A DNA stretch of 64,000 nt from Acidimicrobiia bacterium (GTDB lineage: Bacteria; Actinomycetota; Acidimicrobiia; Spongiisociales; ZC4RG35): assembly GCA_965203555.1 (NCBI GenBank), contig CBDBCY010000004.1, forward strand, positions 2,208,001-2,272,000. The letters run 5' to 3'. A program made the position numbers and the translations under genes. The notes under the pieces are model-generated. The model had not been told where the DNA came from. It searched no databases and worked only from the letters and a program-made list of their open reading frames with translations. Shown here piece by piece: positions 57,796 through 64,000 of this stretch (position 1 is its first letter; every line of letters starts with the position of its first letter).

Positions 57796-58689
57796 ATGAA
57801 GACGTTGAGCTTTCCTTCCCCTGCCGGAGTTACCCTGGCGGCGGACCTGTATCTTCCCTCCGGAGACCCGCCTCCCAGTGGGCATCCGGTGGTGGTGGTG
57901 TGTCTGGGATGGGGGAGCGTCAAGGAACTGATGCCCCAGTGGGGGGATGCTCTATCTTGTGCGGGCTTGGCGGTGTTGATCCCTGACTACCGGGGATTCG
58001 GCGCCAGCGGTGGGGAACGGGGCCGCTGCTTTCCTGACGAGCACGTTGACGACATCCGGGCGGTGATGGGCTATGTGGAGAGAAGGTCTGACCTGGACAC
58101 CGGACGACTGGCATTGCTGGGGGTGAGTTACGGCGGGGCCGTGGCGGTGGCGGCAGGGGTTGACAGTCGCTGTCGGACCGTCATCTCGGTGGTGGGTTAT
58201 GGAAGTGGGGAACGTCACCTTGCGGCGGTGCGGACACCGGAGCAATGGAAAGTCTTTAGCGGCCGGCTGGCAGAGGACCGCCGCCGTAGATGCGACGGAA
58301 TCCCCAGTGAGATGGTGGACCCTGATGAGATACTGCTCCGGGACCGAGAAGCCCGAGAGTGGCGACAGCGGGTGGAGCGACAGTACCCCCACATGGCGTT
58401 TGTCACCACCCTGGAGTCGGCCGAGAAGATAGTAGCCTTCAGTCCCGAGCTAACCCTGCCTTACGAGCCGTCCAAGCCTGTCATGTTTATCCATGCCGGA
58501 GGAGATGCGATGATTCCAGTGGAAGAATCACGACGTATGTGGCAGAGATCGAGAGAACCCAAGCGATTGGTGATTATCCCTGGCATCGGTCACCATGAAG
58601 TACATCATGGTGACGCCTTTCGGCAGGTCATTACCGAGGTGAGCGACTGGTTGGAACGCTACCTGACCGCAGGTTCCGATGGCTGTTAG
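57796..58689 (+). CDS. Alpha/beta hydrolase
   Basis: DYRGFGASGG, nucleophile elbow GVSYGG, Asp (GGDAMIP), His (GIGH). Confidence 0.9.
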   Translation: MKTLSFPSPAGVTLAADLYLPSGDPPPSGHPVVVVCLGWGSVKELMPQWGDALSCAGLAVLIPDYRGFGASGGERGRCFPDEHVDDIRAVMGYVERRSDLDTGRLALLGVSYGGAVAVAAGVDSRCRTVISVVGYGSGERHLAAVRTPEQWKVFSGRLAEDRRRRCDGIPSEMVDPDEILLRDREAREWRQRVERQYPHMAFVTTLESAEKIVAFSPELTLPYEPSKPVMFIHAGGDAMIPVEESRRMWQRSREPKRLVIIPGIGHHEVHHGDAFRQVITEVSDWLERYLTAGSDGC

Positions 58690-59644
58690 GTTCGCGACTC
58701 GTTTCGGGCTTGTGCTCCCCCATTTCGGCGCCGATCCGCAGGTATCCGAGATGCTGGAGGTGGCGCAGTTGGCAGAGGAGGCTGGATTCGACTCCCTGTG
58801 GGTACGGGACCGCTTGGCGGCGGGGGCCCCGCACGGATTGCTGCTTGAGGCGGGCGGCACTACTTTTTTCGAGCCCCTCCTGAGCCTGGCCGCGGTGGCC
58901 GCGGTAACCCGACGGATCACTTTGGGTACGGCGGTGTTACTGCCCAACCGCCATCCCCTGCGTGTGGTGCAGGAGGTTGGGACCCTCTGGCGCCTGGCCG
59001 AGGGCCGGTTGGCGATTGGACTGGGGCTAGGCGTGGGGCCGAAGAACTTTCAATCGCTGGGGTTGAGCTATGGGAGCAGAGTGGAATTGTTCGAAGAGAC
59101 AGTGAAGGCTTTGCGGGACGCCACTTCGGCCAGTGCCGAGGTGGAGATCGATCCGGTGCCTGGCGAGCAACTGATGCTCTACTACGGGGGTGTAAGTCGA
59201 GCGGCGGTGCGCCGGGCCTTCGAGCACACCGACGGATGGATAGCCGGACGTCTTCCTCGCGATACGTTTTTGGCGCGTATGGAATTGGCCGGTCGTTACC
59301 GCGCCAAGACGGGGCGCCGTCTGGATGTCGCCAGCATGCCTATCACTCTGGTCGACTCGGGAGATGGGAGGCATCTGGATGCCGCCCGGGCGGCTGTCAG
59401 CATGCTGGCCCGCAGTGCCGAGGGCGCCACCGATTGGATCAAGCCGCCTTCGGGTCGGTTCGAAACCGTCGAGGATCTGGCCGGTCTGCTGATCACCGGC
59501 TCTCCGGCGCAATGCGCGGAACAGACAGCCGAGATGCTCAAGTCCGGCGTGAAACATCTGATCTTTGATCTTCGACTTGTGTTCGCTGACTGCCACCGAC
59601 AGGTAACCATGTTGGCGGAGGAAGTGCTCCCGGCGCTTCGTTGA
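58679..59644 (+). CDS. Luciferase-like (LLM) oxidoreductase
   Basis: AGFDSLWVRD, LGTAVLLP, GRLAIGLGLG, DGWIAG. Confidence 0.88.
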   Translation: MAVRFATRFGLVLPHFGADPQVSEMLEVAQLAEEAGFDSLWVRDRLAAGAPHGLLLEAGGTTFFEPLLSLAAVAAVTRRITLGTAVLLPNRHPLRVVQEVGTLWRLAEGRLAIGLGLGVGPKNFQSLGLSYGSRVELFEETVKALRDATSASAEVEIDPVPGEQLMLYYGGVSRAAVRRAFEHTDGWIAGRLPRDTFLARMELAGRYRAKTGRRLDVASMPITLVDSGDGRHLDAARAAVSMLARSAEGATDWIKPPSGRFETVEDLAGLLITGSPAQCAEQTAEMLKSGVKHLIFDLRLVFADCHRQVTMLAEEVLPALR

Positions 59645-59785
59645 CGACATCTATAACTGCAAGGATTGACTCCCTGTTTTTGAGGCCCGCTGTGAGATCA
59701 GGTGCTAGGGTTGCCGAAAAGATGCCGGCGAATGGCGAAAGCTGGATCCGGTCGGTAATAACTATTTATGCGGAAAGGTTTCTAT

Positions 59786-60913
59786 ATGAATCGTCTAAGG
59801 ACACTTCTTGCGGCGTTGGCAGTCCTGGCACTGATCGCGGCCGCTTGCGCAGACCCCTCCACTGACGAAGCAGCAGATGACGGAGGGGTGGATCAAGTCT
59901 TCTTCATTCTCGACTGGGTACCCAAGGGCCAGACGTCTCCCTTCTACGTGGCATTGGACAAGGGATTTTGGGCCGAGCGCAACATTGCGGTGCAGATCAC
60001 CCGTGGCTACGGGTCCGGTGACACCTCTGCCCGTATCGGACTGGGCGAGGGTGACTTCGGGTTTGCCGGAGTTGGCGCAGTGATGCGTACCATCAGTGAA
60101 GGGTTGCCGTTGGTTGAGATCGCAGCCATCGCCTCCACCGCCCCCACCGCGGTGTATGCGGGGCCTGACGCTGGAGTGAGTGGTGACGACCCCTCCAGCT
60201 TGGTGGGTCTGCGGGGCGCGGTTGACGCTGGTGATGAGAATGACCAGTTGTTCAAGGCCTTTGCCGGCTCGGTGGGGATCAGCTACGACGACATCGATTG
60301 GCAGTACGTAGACGGCGCCGGAATCGGCTCCATAGCCACCGGACAGGCCGACTTCGTCATGGACTGGATCACCAACCTGCCCGAGTGGTGGCTGGCCGAT
60401 CCGCCGATCGAGCCCGACACTTACTGGGTGGGCCGCGCCGTGGACATCTACGGCAACGGTCTCATCACCCGTCCCGAGATGCTGGAAAGCAATCGTGATC
60501 TTGTCAGGCGGTTCATCGAGGGCGCTCTGGCCGGGTACGAGTACGTGATCGAAGGCGGCGTAAGCGCTCACAACGAGTCCATCGACGCTCTCTTCAAGTA
60601 CAACCCTGAGTTGGAGGAGCAGCCCAATGCCCGTGAGTTCCACCTCGGTAACCTGCAGTTGTTCCTCACGCTGATGCTCACCGAGGATGTTCGGGACGAC
60701 GGAATCGGCTACTTTGATCCGGACAAGAAGCAGCGAAGCCTCGACTTCATCAACGACTACCTGCTGGATGCGCCTTTGACCCTTGATCAGGCGTTTATCT
60801 CCGATCTGATCATCGACAGCGGTGACGTGCCTATCGACGACTTCGACGCGGCCCGCGACGCGCTCGCCACCGTGCTGGGCAGGTCTAATCCGCTCACCCC
60901 ATTCCTGGGCTGA
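59786..60913 (+). CDS. NMT1/THI5-like ABC substrate-binding lipoprotein
   Basis: Lipobox AAAC, LDW, FYVALDKGFW, GYGSGD, YGNGL; GAAAGG upstream supports ATG 59786. Confidence 0.88.
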   Translation: MNRLRTLLAALAVLALIAAACADPSTDEAADDGGVDQVFFILDWVPKGQTSPFYVALDKGFWAERNIAVQITRGYGSGDTSARIGLGEGDFGFAGVGAVMRTISEGLPLVEIAAIASTAPTAVYAGPDAGVSGDDPSSLVGLRGAVDAGDENDQLFKAFAGSVGISYDDIDWQYVDGAGIGSIATGQADFVMDWITNLPEWWLADPPIEPDTYWVGRAVDIYGNGLITRPEMLESNRDLVRRFIEGALAGYEYVIEGGVSAHNESIDALFKYNPELEEQPNAREFHLGNLQLFLTLMLTEDVRDDGIGYFDPDKKQRSLDFINDYLLDAPLTLDQAFISDLIIDSGDVPIDDFDAARDALATVLGRSNPLTPFLG

Positions 60914-60931
60914 GCGAGGTTCATTAGGTAA

Positions 60932-60973
60932 AGGTTGTCCGGAACCTGCTTGGTAGTGGGTTCCGGACAACCT
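60932..60973 (+). promoter_or_regulatory. Intergenic stem-loop after the binding-protein gene
   Basis: 15-bp perfect inverted repeat AGGTTGTCCGGAACC / GGTTCCGGACAACCT, no long U tract. Confidence 0.7.
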
Positions 60974-60995
60974 CCCTTGTAAGAAATACTCTCGG

Positions 60996-61796
60996 ATGGG
61001 TATAGAACTCCAGGATCTGGGTAAGGTTTTCCAAACCACCGATCTCACAGTGGAGGCTCTGCGGGACATCTCTGTAACGGTCTCCGACAGCGAATTCGTA
61101 AGCATCATCGGACCTAGCGGATGTGGTAAGAGCACCTTGTTGCGCTTGGTCTCAGGTCTGATTCCGCCGACCCAAGGTACGGTGTCCATTGATGGTGTTC
61201 CGGTTCAGGGTCCCGCGGGAAACATCGGTTTCGTCTTCCAGGCCCCCACCTTGCTGAAGTGGCGCACCGTGTTCAAGAACGTGATGTTCCCCTACGAGGT
61301 GCTGGCTTCCCAGAAGCGAGCGATCATGTCTCGCCAGGAGTACGAGAACCGGGCCGAACTGTTGCTGAAAATGGTCGGGATCGAGGACTTCCGCGACGCC
61401 TATCCCAAGCAACTCTCCGGCGGGATGCAGCAGCGGGTGTCCATTTGCCGGGCGCTTCTCCATGACCCGACCCTCCTTTTGATGGATGAACCGTTCGGCG
61501 CATTGGACGAGTTCACGCGGGAGCGTATGAACGAAGAGTTGATGCGTATCTGGAGGGAGACCCAGAAGACCGTGCTGTTCGTGACCCACCACATTCCGGA
61601 GGCGGTGTTTCTATCGGATCGGATCCTGGTGCTTTCGGCCCGCCCTGGCACCATTCTTGGAGAGATTGTTGTGGATCTTCCCCGCCCACGCATCGCTGAG
61701 ATGCGCGACAGCGTTGCATTCCTGGAGCAGGTGGTGATCACCCGCCGGATGATCGGCACAGCCGATGGAGGTGAGAACTCCAAGGGGTCCTTGTGA
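60996..61796 (+). CDS. ABC ATP-binding subunit (TauB/SsuB type)
   Basis: GPSGCGKST, LSGGMQQR, MDEPFGALD, VTH. Confidence 0.95.
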   Translation: MGIELQDLGKVFQTTDLTVEALRDISVTVSDSEFVSIIGPSGCGKSTLLRLVSGLIPPTQGTVSIDGVPVQGPAGNIGFVFQAPTLLKWRTVFKNVMFPYEVLASQKRAIMSRQEYENRAELLLKMVGIEDFRDAYPKQLSGGMQQRVSICRALLHDPTLLLMDEPFGALDEFTRERMNEELMRIWRETQKTVLFVTHHIPEAVFLSDRILVLSARPGTILGEIVVDLPRPRIAEMRDSVAFLEQVVITRRMIGTADGGENSKGSL

Positions 61797-62599
61797 GTTC
61801 CCGAGTGAGCGAGACGGCTGCCGAAGCGGTAGCCCCTGTTCTGGGCAGCAAGACGGGGCGTATCCGTCGGTTCCTCGATCCCATTGTCTTTGCCCTTTTC
61901 TTCATAGCAGCTTGGCAGGCATTCATCTGGATCACCGGGTTCCATTCGGTTGTACTGCCGCCGCCTTCGAAAGTATGGGGGGTGCTATGGAACCAGGGAG
62001 ATTTCTTGGTTGGCAACATGCTCACCACCGCGGTAACCATCGGCTGGGGGTTCTTTCTGGGAGGGGTGATGGGGTTCGTGTCCGGGGTGCTGATCAACCA
62101 CTTTGAAGGGGTGAAAAGAGCGATCCACCCCATCCTGGTGTCCCTTTATGTGATCCCCAAGGCGGTGTTCATACCGCTTTTCATCCTTTGGTGGGGGGTG
62201 GGGTTCGAATACAAACTGGTGGTCACGGTCCTTCTTGCATTCTTCCCGGTGACCGAGAACACTATCACCGGACTGAACGGCGTGGAACTTGAAATGGTGG
62301 AACTCACCCGGTCACTGCGGGGTAGCAGGTGGTTTGGATTCCGGAAAGTCTCATTGCCGTTCGCCCTGCCTTTTGTGCTGGCCGGGCTGCGCATTGCGCT
62401 CACCGAGTCGTTCATCGGGGGAGTGCTGAGTGAGATACTGGTTCCGGGTAGCACTGGCATCGGTTCCCGGATCGTGGAGGCGGCTGCGTTTTCCAACACC
62501 GAGTTCATTATCGCCTCCATCATGGTGATCGCCGCCTTCGGGGTTGTCAGCTACTTTTCGTTTCTCTGGCTGGAGCGGAGGTTGACGTTTTGGGTGTAG
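61793..62599 (+). CDS. ABC permease (TauC/SsuC type)
   Basis: LPPPSKV, IPKAVFIPLF, LPFALP, TGIG. Confidence 0.92.
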   Translation: MSSRVSETAAEAVAPVLGSKTGRIRRFLDPIVFALFFIAAWQAFIWITGFHSVVLPPPSKVWGVLWNQGDFLVGNMLTTAVTIGWGFFLGGVMGFVSGVLINHFEGVKRAIHPILVSLYVIPKAVFIPLFILWWGVGFEYKLVVTVLLAFFPVTENTITGLNGVELEMVELTRSLRGSRWFGFRKVSLPFALPFVLAGLRIALTESFIGGVLSEILVPGSTGIGSRIVEAAAFSNTEFIIASIMVIAAFGVVSYFSFLWLERRLTFWV

Positions 62600-63405
62600 A
62601 AAACAACCTCGCCCCTGGCCGGTCGGCCTGGCGATTGGAGAGGGCCGGTCGGCGCCTCCTGTATCACTGGCCGTTGCTGGCGGTGCTGGTAGGGATCGTC
62701 GTTTTCTGGATCGTGATGATCGAATGGCGGGATTTCCATCCGATCGTGCTGCCCCCACCCGAATCGGTTGTTGAAGCGCTGATCGAGAACCGGGTCGAGT
62801 ACGTGGAGGCGGGGTTCGTCACTTTCTATGAGATGATTCTTGGTTTCATGGCCGGCGGAGCACTGGGGTTCTTCTCAGCGATCGGGATCTTTTATTCACC
62901 CTTCTTGCGGCGCTCCCTCTATCCGTTGTTGTTGGGGTTCCGAATCGTTCCCAAAGTGGCTTTCGTCCCGCTGTTCCTGGTCTGGTTCGGTATCGGTGTG
63001 GGCGTGAAGGTGGCCCTGGCCAGCTTCGCGATCTTCTTTCTCATCCTTATCCAGACCGGTCTGGGCCTGGCTGGCGTGGATCCGGCGCTGGTCGAGCTGG
63101 GCCGGTCGCTTAGGATGAGCGAGTTTGCCCTGTTGCGTCGGATCCGTTTACCGGCTGCCCTTCCTGCCATCATGGTGGGGGTGAAGCTGGGGATTACCTA
63201 CGCTCTCACCAACGTCGTGGTAGCCGAAATGGTGGTGGCTACCGAGGGACTGGGTTTTCTGGTGGTGGAGGCCCGGTCCTTTATCAAGACCCACGAGATG
63301 ATTGCCGCCATCTTCGTGGTTGCCTTTATCGGCCTCATAGTGTTCGCCGCTGGTTTGTGGGTGGAGCGCAAGACGGTCTTCTGGTACATGGAGGCTGACC
63401 AGTAG
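62590..63405 (+). CDS. ABC permease (TauC/SsuC type)
   Basis: LPPPESV, VPKVAFVPLFLVWFG, LPAALP, VVAE, GLG. Confidence 0.92.
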   Translation: MGVENNLAPGRSAWRLERAGRRLLYHWPLLAVLVGIVVFWIVMIEWRDFHPIVLPPPESVVEALIENRVEYVEAGFVTFYEMILGFMAGGALGFFSAIGIFYSPFLRRSLYPLLLGFRIVPKVAFVPLFLVWFGIGVGVKVALASFAIFFLILIQTGLGLAGVDPALVELGRSLRMSEFALLRRIRLPAALPAIMVGVKLGITYALTNVVVAEMVVATEGLGFLVVEARSFIKTHEMIAAIFVVAFIGLIVFAAGLWVERKTVFWYMEADQ

Positions 63406-63431
63406 GTAGAGGACCGCGTGGGCGGGCCGGT

Positions 63432-63998
63432 TTAGGACCGGGGTAGGGCCTTGATCGCCAAGGAGAGGGGCGCGGGACGGGTACAGGTGCTTTCCACGTC
63501 AACATGGGCGCCGGATTCCGCTGCCTCCGCAATGGACAGGGCGATGTCCAGCACATGGTAGGCGACTTCGGCTGCTACCCGATGGGGACGGTCGTCGATG
63601 ATCCCTCGGGCGAGGTCCTCTACCCCGATACCTCGCAGTCCGGGGATGGGCTCTGAGGACCGGAAAGTCGTCCAAGGCACGTTGCGTTCCAGATCGAGCA
63701 TGGCCTTCTCCTCCTCGCCGTACTGCCTTATTTGGGGGGTTCCCGACCACAGATCGGGATCGGTCGTGCTGAGGGTGCCCTTGGTCCCGTACACCTCTAT
63801 GAAAGGCAGCCGGGTGGCCTGGACGTCGAACGTGGCGAGTAGGGGTCCGCTGATGCCGGACTCGAACTCGAGGATCGAAGTGATGTAGGTGGGAGTTTCC
63901 ACTTTGATCCGGGCGCCGTACTGCTCCGGCGAGGTAATCATCCGCTCCCCGAAGGTGATCCGGGAAATGGCTGCCACCCTGGCCATGGGACCGAGAAG
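63432..63998 (-). CDS. Gfo/Idh/MocA family oxidoreductase, C-terminal part (start beyond the window)
   Basis: Frame open to the edge (LLGPMARV), VETPT, IEVYGTKGTL, RGIGVEDL, AYHVLD. Confidence 0.85.
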   Translation of the reverse strand, partial: LLGPMARVAAISRITFGERMITSPEQYGARIKVETPTYITSILEFESGISGPLLATFDVQATRLPFIEVYGTKGTLSTTDPDLWSGTPQIRQYGEEEKAMLDLERNVPWTTFRSSEPIPGLRGIGVEDLARGIIDDRPHRVAAEVAYHVLDIALSIAEAAESGAHVDVESTCTRPAPLSLAIKALPRS

Positions 63999-64000
63999 AT

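Noticed and set aside
59645-59785. Possible TPP riboswitch upstream of the NMT1/THI5-like gene
   Set aside because: Only scattered fragments (TGAGA, GATC, TAAT) are present, without the conserved order and helices; an Rfam scan would settle it.

Overview
GC-rich bacterial chromosome segment. The gene set (caa3 oxidase, menA/menB, Asp-type MurA, several luciferase-like oxidoreductases, apparent leaderless genes) suggests an actinobacterium, probably Acidimicrobiia (inference, no search run). Left to right: membrane proteins; a penicillin-acylase gene coupled to a ctaC-D-E-F-G caa3 oxidase operon; a split peptide/nickel-family ABC catabolic cluster (mutarotase-like, lactonase, two SDRs, ceramidase-like hydrolase, cupin) interleaved with two vapBC modules and a dimethylglycine dehydrogenase-like gene; lgt; a DAHP-synthase-fold/chorismate mutase fusion; tRNA-Glu(TTC) followed by an AlbA_2/Schlafen-domain gene; housekeeping genes (dsbB, thioredoxin-like, rpiB, murA, nifU-like, meaB, menA, menB, serA-like, DUF1015-like); an MNT-HEPN plus nuclease islet; gltB; an isolated sufB; and a catabolic cluster with three LLM oxidoreductases, a cyclic amidohydrolase, an M20 protein with altered metal ligands, an alpha/beta hydrolase and an NMT1/THI5-type ABC importer. 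Top observations: (1) the DAHP synthase barrel has lost its PEP/E4P-binding motifs while the fused chorismate mutase looks intact, and the gene lies behind an unannotated Phe/Tyr-rich leader peptide with overlapping antiterminator/terminator; (2) the LLM/amidohydrolase/M20 cluster looks like an uncharacterised N-heterocycle degradation pathway. No CRISPR array, integrase, transposase or rRNA was seen. All family calls come from motif recognition by eye.
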